Virus record (IMG/VR): IMGVR_UViG_2890318599_000001
Coordinates: 655 to 64,654 of that record
DNA length: 64,000 nt
Source of the DNA: a virus
Lineage: Duplodnaviria > Caudoviricetes
Reading direction: 5' to 3' (one strand)
Both the position numbers and the translations under genes were made by a program. The first letter of the stretch is position 1, and each line of letters starts with the position of its first letter. The notes beneath the pieces were generated by a model, which was not told the DNA's origin, did not search any database, and was given only the letters and a program-made list of their open reading frames with translations. Below, piece by piece: positions 8,994 to 17,835 of the stretch.

Positions 8994-9371
8994 ATGAATA
9001 GTAAAAGCAAAATCACCGGAGAACCTATTTCGGAAGAAACAAACAATTCCTATCTATTTATAAAAACTGGAATTCGATATGAAAAATTGAATATCGCAGA
9101 CTTAATGTTTGTTAAGACAGAGGGGAAATACATTGGTCTCATTTTTAAGGACGGGAAACGATTACTCAGGATTTCATTGGTTAATTTCCTAAAAGAAACT
9201 ATTCAAATTAATTTGGTAAGAGTCCATAAATGTTTCGCAATAAATACCGAATTTATAACCTCACATGCAACAAAAGAAGTAATGATATTGGATTATAAAA
9301 TACCTATAGGCAGACAGTATAAAGAGTTTTGGCAAAAATATCTGATTGGAAAGGATAACGACAAAAAGTAA
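8994..9371 (+). CDS. Standalone LytTR DNA-binding domain protein
   Basis: LFIKTG, RVHKCFAIN and IPIGRQYK motifs; no receiver domain. Confidence 0.85.
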   Translation: MNSKSKITGEPISEETNNSYLFIKTGIRYEKLNIADLMFVKTEGKYIGLIFKDGKRLLRISLVNFLKETIQINLVRVHKCFAINTEFITSHATKEVMILDYKIPIGRQYKEFWQKYLIGKDNDKK

Positions 9372-9414
9372 AGGTGTATATTATCAAATGTGATTCTGAG
9401 TCTTATCTAATATT

Positions 9415-9651
9415 CTAAATTGAATTATCATCAATGTAACATCCTATGCAATTCAACATATCATCTCCATGCTTTGTGACACTATCTCCGGATACCCACA
9501 TGTGATTGCCATTCTTTCGAACCGAGAACGTGTTTTCCCCAATATTAACTGAGTAGTTTTTGTAAATACTATCATCTCCTGGCATCCTTTTTACACTAAA
9601 CGCATTGATTGAACTTTCGGGAATCATACCAGGTAAATTATTATCTTCCAT
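9415..9651 (-). CDS. Small hypothetical protein (paralogue family of 6451/6681)
   Basis: NNLPG...Y.V.I...W...IGCYID pattern; ATG start preferred over the upstream TTG at 9678. Confidence 0.55.
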   Translation of the reverse strand: MEDNNLPGMIPESSINAFSVKRMPGDDSIYKNYSVNIGENTFSVRKNGNHMWVSGDSVTKHGDDMLNCIGCYIDDNSI

Positions 9652-9749
9652 TTTAATGTATTTTACAATGTAAGACAAGGTAGTTATAATTAAAACATAA
9701 CTACTATTATTTAACTGTTATTAACATGCCAATGGGAAGAGAGAATAAC

Positions 9750-9824
9750 AAAAGCACACCGAATGGGAGTAAAGTGTGCTTTTAATCTGGGTAGAATCGA
9801 CTTAACCAGAGTAACACAAAAGTA
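9750..9824 (-). ncRNA. Putative small RNA unit A
   Basis: Minus-strand TActTTTG (9817-9824), then ~35 nt and an AAAGCACAC/GTGTGCTTT terminator hairpin; similar to unit B. Confidence 0.45.
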
Positions 9825-9950
9825 TTCTAATTCTATAACTGTTTATCACAACAGTTTATTAAACTTGCTACTGAACTATTACTGCCTTTCCATGTTGTGT
9901 TAGATAATTAAATGTTTCTCCTAATTCATTTGATTTGTGTTATTGTTCAG

Positions 9951-9982
9951 AAAGGTAGCGATTGCATGTCGCTACCTTTTTT
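9951..9982 (+). terminator. Terminator hairpin
   Basis: aaaggtagcga/tcgctaccttt plus T run. Confidence 0.6.
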
Positions 9983-10020
9983 ATATTTAAACCTGTATTC
10001 CTACAAATAAATTTCGGTAT

Positions 10021-10209
10021 ATGCTAGAATCTTATGTCTTATTCCTTAAAGGTAATCAGCTATTAAGCTACAATTTGCTAAATGGCAATTCCTTTACAAT
10101 CCTAACCAACGATGAAATATCATACCTTTCAGATGTCATTTCAAAAAGAGATTTATTGATTACAAACAATAGACAGTTAAAGAGATTGTTGCAATGTGGT
10201 CATATTTAG
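10021..10209 (+). CDS. Hypothetical protein
   Basis: 62-aa ORF only. Confidence 0.3.
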   Translation: MLESYVLFLKGNQLLSYNLLNGNSFTILTNDEISYLSDVISKRDLLITNNRQLKRLLQCGHI

Positions 10210-10219
10210 TTCATTAAAT

Positions 10220-10288
10220 GAGAAAACACACCCGGATGGAGAGTGTGCTTTCTTTTTCATTAGATTGGTTAATCGAAAAACAAAAGTA
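10220..10288 (-). ncRNA. Putative small RNA unit B
   Basis: Minus-strand TActTTTG (10281-10288), then an AAAGCACAC/GTGTGTTTT hairpin with CTCCAT loop; similar to unit A. Confidence 0.45.
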
Positions 10289-10378
10289 GACTAAGCAATT
10301 GAATACTTTTCATAAGCTTTCCTTAAACTTATGTCATAGGGCTCTCTCTTCCATTTTATACTTATATGCCGCAGCTTA

Positions 10379-10451
10379 TTTCGGACCTTTGTTACCTCTC
10401 AATGAATTAATTAACTATATTGGTAATGAAATTGAACAGTTTGAATAGTAA
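10379..10451 (+). pseudogene. Degenerate 3' remnant of a paralogue of 6681..6914
   Basis: gaattaattaactatattggtaatgaaattgaacagtttgaa versus gaattaattgattatattggtgctgaaattgaacaatttgaa (ELI.YIG.EIEQFE). Confidence 0.7.
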
Positions 10452-10498
10452 TATTCAGTTTTACATTTGACTGAAGTGTTTTATGATTTTAAAAGTAA

Positions 10499-11032
10499 AT
10501 GTATTTAATGATGACAATAGCAAAACTCAATGAAGCTATTAGGCTTTCGTTACAACAAGAAAACTACTATAGCGCTTTGGCACTCGCTCTAACCATGCCC
10601 GACATTTGCGGTAAGATGGAGTTTCCAAAATTAGGAAGCGAAGCAAGATCAAAAAATTGGTTTGACAAATACATGCGCAAAAATTATGAATGTGAAATAA
10701 TGGAAAAACATGTGGTGTTTATGACAGCTGGTGATTGCTATGCTTTGCGGTGCAGCTTCTTACATGAAGCCAAAGATGACATTGAACACCAAAGAGCAAG
10801 TGATACTTTGAAAAGGTTTCAGTTTACAACGCTAGGCATTCATAGGATTAAAACTGATGAGATCCTTAATCTCAATGTGTCAAATTTTTGCCTTGAAATA
10901 TGTGCAGCTGTAGACGAATGGATTGATGGGGTATCTTCTGATAATGAAATAATGGAGAGGACAAATCTTTTGCTAACAATTAAAGACTCAACTTATTCCC
11001 CTATCCCATTTGTAACGATAGGGAATAAGTAA
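10499..11032 (+). CDS. Standalone HEPN-like protein (Rx4H), putative anti-phage RNase
   Basis: ALALTMPDICG and YALRCSFLH motifs; own promoter TTTG (10440) ... TAcaTTTG (10462-10469). Confidence 0.7.
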   Translation: MYLMMTIAKLNEAIRLSLQQENYYSALALALTMPDICGKMEFPKLGSEARSKNWFDKYMRKNYECEIMEKHVVFMTAGDCYALRCSFLHEAKDDIEHQRASDTLKRFQFTTLGIHRIKTDEILNLNVSNFCLEICAAVDEWIDGVSSDNEIMERTNLLLTIKDSTYSPIPFVTIGNK

Positions 11033-11086
11033 TTCCACAAAATATTACTTTAATTCATTTGATTTGATATAACCATACAGTTCTGG

Positions 11087-11653
11087 TTAAACAATCGCCT
11101 TCATCGCCCTTTCCCAGAACTCCTGGCGGTCCCTCAACCCATTTAGACCACCATTGATTTTCTTGGTGATATCAATAAACCATCCATCTTTATTTCTTTC
11201 GGCTATTTCATTAAGCTTTCTTTTTTGCCAGAACCAACATGCTGATTGAACGGCATATTTAGGTGTCGTCAATAATAATGGAGTATTGATTAGATCAATA
11301 CCTAAAGCCTTTCCACATTCAAGGTGGTTTGATCTGCCAGTTATTTGTATCAAACCATGTCCTTTGAATTTTACGCCATCGCCAGGGTGAATATTCCCTA
11401 AATCTTTCCTGCCTTCATAATCCTTCCCTGATGCCAGCTCTGATGTGTATCGAAAAGACCCTGATTCGTGTGCTACTTGTGCTATAAAGGCTCTAACCTT
11501 GTCAATAGTATCAATGCCATACATTGGCATGAACTTGTTTAAATAAGGAACGTATGCATCAAAACCTCTCGGAGCGAAAGGGCAAATCTTTTTTAGCTGG
11601 TCTAATGTAATTTGAATTAGCCCTAAAGCCAACTCGCCTTTAATGTTTTCCAT
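11087..11653 (-). CDS. Endolysin, glycoside hydrolase family 19
   Basis: FIAQVAHESG, FKGHGLIQITGRSN, SACWFW and ITKKINGGLNGL motifs. Confidence 0.92.
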   Translation of the reverse strand: MENIKGELALGLIQITLDQLKKICPFAPRGFDAYVPYLNKFMPMYGIDTIDKVRAFIAQVAHESGSFRYTSELASGKDYEGRKDLGNIHPGDGVKFKGHGLIQITGRSNHLECGKALGIDLINTPLLLTTPKYAVQSACWFWQKRKLNEIAERNKDGWFIDITKKINGGLNGLRDRQEFWERAMKAIV

Positions 11654-11690
11654 AATACTTATTTTGACGGCGGTATTTTACGCCATGAGA

Positions 11691-12140
11691 TTATTTGATT
11701 GTAGCCTTATGGTCGTAATACCACTGTAGCAGATACGTTGCGTCCTTCCAGTCGAGTTTACCATCAGCCGCAACCTGAGCTATTAGAATTGACAAATCAT
11801 GCAGAAATGCAGACTTAAAGTCCCCATCCAATTCCTCTAAAGTTTTCAAAGCACATTGCAAAATCCTATTCGGATCGGTTTCATCACTACACGCTTCAAC
11901 AAGCTTTAACTTTTTAAGGATATTTGGCAGCTCAGCACGAAGCCATTCTTTAACTTTATCATCAATATCAGTTGGAATGATAGCAGTTAATATATCGACG
12001 ACAGGGTTGTCAATAACGTTTTTTATGTTTTCTACAACTGTAACGCCAATATGTATTGCTTGCTTCAATTCCGGCAAAAGGCCATCGAATAAATCCTTGA
12101 TGCCTTCCCAAATCTTTTTTAAAAATGTTCCTAAACTCAT
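11691..12140 (-). CDS. Hypothetical protein in lysis cassette
   Basis: Likely start MSLGTFLKKIW at 12140; amphipathic helical protein. Confidence 0.65.
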   Translation of the reverse strand: MSLGTFLKKIWEGIKDLFDGLLPELKQAIHIGVTVVENIKNVIDNPVVDILTAIIPTDIDDKVKEWLRAELPNILKKLKLVEACSDETDPNRILQCALKTLEELDGDFKSAFLHDLSILIAQVAADGKLDWKDATYLLQWYYDHKATIK

Positions 12141-12184
12141 GATATTTATTTTTATATTAATTGTTATAAAGTAATTTTTGACAG

Positions 12185-12673
12185 TTACCGCTTCCAAAAT
12201 TTCCACCAATGCCTTTTAGGTTTAGGAACATAGAAAGCAGTATCAATAAACTCATTCGGGACAGGTGTTTCTACAGATGTGTTCATGTCTTCAAGGAAAT
12301 TATCAATATCCACAATCACATACCCTTTGTAATATTCAGCAGGCGGTTCAAATATTTCACCATTGTATCGGATGGCTACGGTTGGCTTTAGCACTTTGAT
12401 TGAATTGCTCACTATCCGAGGCGCTTTATTACTGAGCTGTTTAGTCATAATTATGAGCTCATGTGCTTCGGTTAAATTTCTATCCTCTTTGCGGTCGTTA
12501 AGTTGACGTAAATACTCCAACGAATCTATTGTGCTTTGCGCTGGCGCAATTGTCTTCATATCAGTTTGAGAAGATGAACGGGGCTGAGGCCATAGAATAA
12601 AGAACCCTACAATTAAGCCTACAATGCCAAACATCGGCTTACCTTTTATATCGGGGGAGTTTGTGTTTTTCAT
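12185..12673 (-). CDS. Membrane-anchored protein in lysis cassette (possible spanin component)
   Basis: One N-terminal TM helix; overlaps the upstream gene. Confidence 0.5.
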   Translation of the reverse strand: MKNTNSPDIKGKPMFGIVGLIVGFFILWPQPRSSSQTDMKTIAPAQSTIDSLEYLRQLNDRKEDRNLTEAHELIIMTKQLSNKAPRIVSNSIKVLKPTVAIRYNGEIFEPPAEYYKGYVIVDIDNFLEDMNTSVETPVPNEFIDTAFYVPKPKRHWWKFWKR

Positions 12674-12993
12674 TTTTTACTTGCTTTTTTTACGGCAACT
12701 TTAGCTGCCGTTATTGCGTAATACATAGAATCTGATTTCCTGCTCCGTTCTTTCTCATCTTTCAGCTGGCTTTCCAATATTTCCTTTGCTTGCTGACCGT
12801 TTCTCTGTTCGCACTCAATATTTGCTTTTGTAAGATTTCCAATGGTAATATCCTGTTCTGATATCTTACCATCTTTTCTTTTCCCTTCCCGTACCAAAAA
12901 AGCCGATGAAGAAAATGCGACAAAAGCAATGACTATTATTAATTGATTGGTCCGACTTTGCTTTAGCCACCATTGCCACATTTTCAAGTTCAT
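12670..12993 (-). CDS. TM plus coiled-coil protein (i-spanin-like)
   Basis: N-terminal TM then coiled coil, next to the holin. Confidence 0.5.
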   Translation of the reverse strand: MNLKMWQWWLKQSRTNQLIIVIAFVAFSSSAFLVREGKRKDGKISEQDITIGNLTKANIECEQRNGQQAKEILESQLKDEKERSRKSDSMYYAITAAKVAVKKASKK

Positions 12994-13023
12994 TGGATTT
13001 CATTTTAGATTTAATTTGGTCAC

Positions 13024-13236
13024 TTACTTGGATGCAGTCGTGTCAATTGCTTTATTCGTTACAACACGTAACAGAATGTTTACTGCTGTCGTTACAGTTC
13101 CAACAATTGCCAGGTATTTTGTTTTATCCTCGATACCTATTGCAGTCAAAAGATTACTGTCAACTAAGGCAAGCATTGCCAATACCGCTGCGAGCAGGTT
13201 TGCCCAGATTGTTTTTGATTGAAACCACTTTTTCAT
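13024..13236 (-). CDS. Holin-like protein (two TM helices)
   Basis: MKKWFQSKTIWAN start, two TM segments, NILLRVVT; upstream of the endolysin. Confidence 0.7.
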   Translation of the reverse strand: MKKWFQSKTIWANLLAAVLAMLALVDSNLLTAIGIEDKTKYLAIVGTVTTAVNILLRVVTNKAIDTTASK

Positions 13237-13271
13237 TGATTTATATTTATATTGTTTTTGATTAATGTGGA

Positions 13272-16124
13272 CTATGGAGCTGTATAATTGTAAATATTTG
13301 TTGTGTTGATATTTCGATACAGTGCCGGATTTGTTGGGTATGAGATAACACCACCATTGGGGCAACCTGTACATCCTGGATTATCTGTCCTTATTACGTT
13401 ATTTATAATAGCTTCAGAGAGCGTACCTATAATGTCTATAGTTCCTCCGGTAGTTGTTGTATCTCCAGCCCGAGAAATCACATTATCAATTATGAAATTG
13501 TATGTGCTCCCAAGTGTATTTGATACTGATGTACTACCAACAACAACTGCGGCAGCAGCTCTTTTTGCTGCACCTTTCGGGCTATTGTCGAGTATATTTC
13601 TCACCTGATGATCATGTGAGTTTACGCCGGTTCCGTTAAGAAAACGTACCATGTTTTCTGCGGATGTTCCTTTTATGTCATGAACATTTCCATAGGCTAT
13701 GTCATCCAATCCGGAACCTCTTGCCACGCCGCCCATAACCAAAGTATAGCCATAGGCTCCACCAGTAAAAGCACCGTCAATTATACCAGTTTGTGCCACT
13801 ATATCATCATCTGTGGTAGCATTGATGTTATACACTTCGTAGTTTTGGCACCCAGCCCTTAAATCAATTCCATCTTTGTTTCTTGTTCTTTTTGAAACAC
13901 CGCCAACAGATATCGTACCAGAAGTTTTAATAGTAATATCATGTACTTTTATACCTGTACAGTATTCAAATGACATGCCCCAACAATGCGGCTCAACTAT
14001 AGTTAAGCCTGCGATTTCTACATTATTGACATTCCCCATCAAAATGCCAATATTCCGCCAGTCTCCGGTTTGTGTCTGGCCTGATACGCCAGCATCACTT
14101 CCGTAAGTTTGGTTTCCTGTAGGACTTAACGATATGGTTTTAGCGTAGTCGCCTGTTGACCTCGGATTATCTGCGCCTTCCAAAACGGCCATACCCTCAC
14201 CAAGTATCTTTACATTCGCCTGTGGTGTAACCGGATTAAATTTTCCCAATCCTACGTTAGCGCTTCTAAACCAATTATCCCGGCTTATGTCAGAATTCTT
14301 AATTTTTGTATCTCTTACAATGATGGTAACATTTGCAGGTACTAAAATTGCTGAATCAATTAACCACAAGGGACGATTTAAGGAATCATTATACCCTATT
14401 ACAACCCTTCTCTGTGAGTTTGATGAAATGGAAGCAAGGGCAACAGCCTGTCTTATTTTTTGGATGTCGGTACCTGAGAACTGGTTCGGACTGATGTCAA
14501 TGGAAACGGTACCTGATGGATTTGGCGGTATTGGTGGTAAACGATCAGCCAAATTATCATATCTGTAATCAAAATAATTACTTAATCGTTTATCTCTTTT
14601 TCCATTTCCAATTGTGCCGAATGAAGAATAAGACGATGTCGGGTAATGTCCGTCTGTCGTTCCCCATTGCTCAATCATTAAAACATTCTTATCCTGCCAT
14701 GTGGCAGCGTCACGGCTCAACGTAAATGCAAAGTATGCCGCTTTGGACGGAATTATCATTTTCGGCACATCGCCTGAAATGAAAGTCTGCGAACCTATCG
14801 GTACTTTTTTATAGTTGTAATACCAAATCTTGATATTGTTTACAACAGAGAATGAAAGTCCGGAAAAATAATATGGAACTGTAGTATCTGGAATTAACTG
14901 AAATCCTGACCATGAACCTGTCGCGTTTGCAATCGCGCCACCTGTTACGGCATCAATATAAAAACCGGTCACCTCCTTACTTTTGTCAAAAATATTGAGC
15001 TGGCGTGTCGTAAAAACAGGAGCTGTAGTATCATAAACATAAGCAACCCCTCCCACGTCTTTAGATGCAACATATTGAACTGGCGGTGTTTGGTCCTTTT
15101 TCAGCACTTCATCACCGGCATACAACACTTTACCTGTACCAGTTGTATTAAAGGCAGAATACGAAGATGGATATGTTCCGGTTGGACTACCATATTCTTC
15201 GATTAATAAAGAATCCTTATTCTGCCAAACAACGCTGCTTGCCTTGGTTGTTATGGCCCAGAACATTGCCTGATCAGGAATAACTAATACCTTACTTCCT
15301 GACGATGTAAAGTCCTGAAATGATATTGCAGTTTTCCTTGCATCATAATACCATATCCTCGGTGTGGCCGTGCCTGTATAACTTAAGTTTGCAATATAGG
15401 TTTTCGTTGCATCCAATGTCTGGAAAGAGCTCCATTGACCACCAGTATTAGGAACGTTGGCCCCTGTACCTGCCTGAAGCACTCTTCCATCAACTGCAAT
15501 TGATTTATCAAAAATATTCAGCTGCCGGATTGAAGATTTATATCCATACACGGCTTTTAAGCTATCATCAACCTGCTTAAGTGTTTTTGTAGAACCACCA
15601 TTAAGCGCGTAACCGGAAAGGTTAATAGGAATAACCGTCTTAGTATAAATGCTTCCATTCTTTGTAATGTAAACATAACCACTATCCAATGTTATGACAT
15701 ATCCACCCATCTTTGTATAAGTACCATTAACAGATGGTGTATAAATACCGTTTAATGTTGGAGAATCTACAGGAGTAACAGAACCTTTGAATCCGGATGC
15801 TATTCCTACAGTTACAAAGTCAGTATATCGCTTTGCGCTGTCTCTGGTTTGAGCGACTTTAGCAGAATCTGGTAAGGTAGATGTCAACCCGGTTTTAGGG
15901 TCAGTAAATTTTAAGGTTGTATCTCCTTTTTTAATCCATAAAGTGTTGGAGTATCCCGGATACCAGTTGGCGGAATCCCTTACAGGCAGGCCAAAATAAT
16001 TTGGGAACTGCCACCCATCATCCCGGATTATTAATTGTTGAGCATTGCCTGGTCGTGATGCGTAAGGCTGTGCAAAGGAGGTTGCTGAAATTAATAGAAG
16101 AAAAAAGTAGATTAGCTTTTTCAT
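13272..16124 (-). CDS. Tail spike/depolymerase-like protein with pectin-lyase-type beta-helix (GH28-like) and an N-terminal signal peptide
   Basis: NKDGIDL...TDDDIVA GH28-like motifs; two internal RQLNIFDKS repeat domains; MKKLIYFFLLLISATSFA|Q signal sequence. Confidence 0.7.
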   Translation of the reverse strand: MKKLIYFFLLLISATSFAQPYASRPGNAQQLIIRDDGWQFPNYFGLPVRDSANWYPGYSNTLWIKKGDTTLKFTDPKTGLTSTLPDSAKVAQTRDSAKRYTDFVTVGIASGFKGSVTPVDSPTLNGIYTPSVNGTYTKMGGYVITLDSGYVYITKNGSIYTKTVIPINLSGYALNGGSTKTLKQVDDSLKAVYGYKSSIRQLNIFDKSIAVDGRVLQAGTGANVPNTGGQWSSFQTLDATKTYIANLSYTGTATPRIWYYDARKTAISFQDFTSSGSKVLVIPDQAMFWAITTKASSVVWQNKDSLLIEEYGSPTGTYPSSYSAFNTTGTGKVLYAGDEVLKKDQTPPVQYVASKDVGGVAYVYDTTAPVFTTRQLNIFDKSKEVTGFYIDAVTGGAIANATGSWSGFQLIPDTTVPYYFSGLSFSVVNNIKIWYYNYKKVPIGSQTFISGDVPKMIIPSKAAYFAFTLSRDAATWQDKNVLMIEQWGTTDGHYPTSSYSSFGTIGNGKRDKRLSNYFDYRYDNLADRLPPIPPNPSGTVSIDISPNQFSGTDIQKIRQAVALASISSNSQRRVVIGYNDSLNRPLWLIDSAILVPANVTIIVRDTKIKNSDISRDNWFRSANVGLGKFNPVTPQANVKILGEGMAVLEGADNPRSTGDYAKTISLSPTGNQTYGSDAGVSGQTQTGDWRNIGILMGNVNNVEIAGLTIVEPHCWGMSFEYCTGIKVHDITIKTSGTISVGGVSKRTRNKDGIDLRAGCQNYEVYNINATTDDDIVAQTGIIDGAFTGGAYGYTLVMGGVARGSGLDDIAYGNVHDIKGTSAENMVRFLNGTGVNSHDHQVRNILDNSPKGAAKRAAAAVVVGSTSVSNTLGSTYNFIIDNVISRAGDTTTTGGTIDIIGTLSEAIINNVIRTDNPGCTGCPNGGVISYPTNPALYRNINTTNIYNYTAP

Positions 16125-16126
16125 AA

Positions 16127-16489
16127 TTATAACAGTGTAATTAGATATTCTGTGTTTGGGATTATCGAATTTAAATTTGGAGTGATTGTCGTAATACCGT
16201 CAACATCACTTTGAGTAAAGCCGAGAGTCCTGATAAGCGGTTCGCCAGGGCCTTCTATTTTTGCTACTATCTGACCATTCAGATTATCAAAAACGAATTT
16301 TGATGGATTAGTATCGGTTGAGGTTGCAAAGAAATGCTTGCCTTGAATCAGGTTCTTAACTGCCAAAACCTCCTGGTCTATATAATCAGCCATTTTATTA
16401 TTGTGGCTACTATGGCGGACTTTAGTAACCTTTCCGGCCCCAAGAATCTTCGTGTTATTAGATTGATTTAAATCGTCTCTTGTAATCAT
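16127..16489 (-). CDS. Hypothetical protein (structural module)
   Basis: 120-aa ORF tightly packed in the operon. Confidence 0.65.
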   Translation of the reverse strand: MITRDDLNQSNNTKILGAGKVTKVRHSSHNNKMADYIDQEVLAVKNLIQGKHFFATSTDTNPSKFVFDNLNGQIVAKIEGPGEPLIRTLGFTQSDVDGITTITPNLNSIIPNTEYLITLL

Positions 16490-16503
16490 GGTATAGCATT
16501 TTA

Positions 16504-16905
16504 TTAATCATAGCCACCGGCATAGTATTCATCTAAATCATATTCAGAATCTGCATCTTCAAAAGAGCTTAAAACAAATGAGCCTGAAGAGAAACCTTCT
16601 ATGTTAGAATAAATAAATTCCTGATATTGACTTGTAAAAAAGTAACCTTGTAAATCGTTAGCCGGTACAAATGTTTCTTCCATATATTGAAACAATTCAC
16701 CAATAGTTTCAAAGCCATCATTAACTTCAAATGTTGTTTCTCCGAGTGTAATGCTCACCAAGTAAATATTATTCTTAGGCAGCCTGGTGTATGGGTTTGA
16801 GCCTTTTGATAAGTTCAGCCCCCAGCCACTTAAAGGAAATCCACATTGAGAATATTTCTTTGAATACATATTCTTACCATTTACAGAGTGGGCATTGCTT
16901 ATCAA
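16504..16905 (-). CDS. Hypothetical protein, acidic C-terminus
   Basis: ORF in the operon; true start may be the MYSKK ATG near 16872. Confidence 0.6.
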   Translation of the reverse strand: MISNAHSVNGKNMYSKKYSQCGFPLSGWGLNLSKGSNPYTRLPKNNIYLVSITLGETTFEVNDGFETIGELFQYMEETFVPANDLQGYFFTSQYQEFIYSNIEGFSSGSFVLSSFEDADSEYDLDEYYAGGYD

Positions 16906-17140
16906 CTACTAGTGTGACCTGGACACATGGGCATTTACAAATACCGCATTTCAACACTTCTTCATGCCTTCCGTCTCCGTTGAGAATAACCAACATTTTC
17001 GAGACCTTAGCTTCATTACAGGTTTTGCATTGTTGCATCCTCAATTCACTAAGCTTTTGTTCTGCGGCTGTAGTATCAATTATTTTATATTTTTTACTCC
17101 AGCCAATAATTATTTGAACCATTTTTTTTAACATCCGCAA
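16874..17140 (-). CDS. Small Cys-rich protein
   Basis: CKTC...CGICKCPC...CPLCKW. Confidence 0.65.
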   Translation of the reverse strand: MRMLKKMVQIIIGWSKKYKIIDTTAAEQKLSELRMQQCKTCNEAKVSKMLVILNGDGRHEEVLKCGICKCPCVQVTLVVDKQCPLCKW

Positions 17141-17835
17141 CCTCCATAATTGTCATCATCATAAATACTGGTTACCCAGCTTGTCTTTCCTTCTGTAGCA
17201 ATACCATCTTCCTCACATTCGCATTTCTTAGTATATTTAGGATAATCTGCCTTATTTTTACAAAGCCATATATGCATTGAAGCAATCAATGGGTTTATCC
17301 TGTCTTCCAGCCATTTATCCATCAGCCATTTTGCATCCTTCAAATCAATGCCTACTGACATACTTGCCTTATCGCCAATCAGCGCTGTTTCGGGATTGTT
17401 CTTCATAATGCCCTGAGAAGCAAACTGGGCATAGTTTTCGGGTAATGCTACAAACCGAACACACTCAGCTGTCAGCTTCCAGAGATATGTGTCCCATAAC
17501 TTTTTATCAGTTGCTGAAAGGTTCTCAGAAGCATTAATTACATCACCGATATTAATTTGCGAATCAGGATTTGTACTGTCTGCAGCTAGACGATATGAAA
17601 CATTAATCTTAGCCTGTAGATCTGCCTTATTGATGCTGTCAACTAGCACATTTTTGGAATCAATCAGGTGGTCATAATAGTCAGAACCTATTGCCCATCT
17701 GATAAATCTTTCTTCAGCAATTTCAATAGCCGATAAGTATTTTCCTGCATCGATTGTATTGGATGAAGAAGTTTTGCTGATAACTTCCTGTGGGGTTATC
17801 AGAACTTTACGGCTTATTAGATTTCTTTGGTACAT
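17128..17835 (-). CDS. Putative head-tail adaptor/connector
   Basis: Directly follows the portal; LIT..EV N-terminus and helical composition resemble Bacteroidota phage connectors. Confidence 0.5.
   Translation of the reverse strand: MYQRNLISRKVLITPQEVISKTSSSNTIDAGKYLSAIEIAEERFIRWAIGSDYYDHLIDSKNVLVDSINKADLQAKINVSYRLAADSTNPDSQINIGDVINASENLSATDKKLWDTYLWKLTAECVRFVALPENYAQFASQGIMKNNPETALIGDKASMSVGIDLKDAKWLMDKWLEDRINPLIASMHIWLCKNKADYPKYTKKCECEEDGIATEGKTSWVTSIYDDDNYGGCGC

Noticed and set aside
10263-10274. 12-mer gattggttaatc identical to the anticodon arm of the tRNA-Gly-like RNA (40158-40169)
   Set aside because: A short AT-rich match is compatible with chance in 64 kb; no flanking similarity
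13024-13374. Long 116-aa version of the holin ORF overlapping the spike gene
   Set aside because: Internal ATG at 13236 with an A-rich leader gives a typical 70-aa holin without overlap
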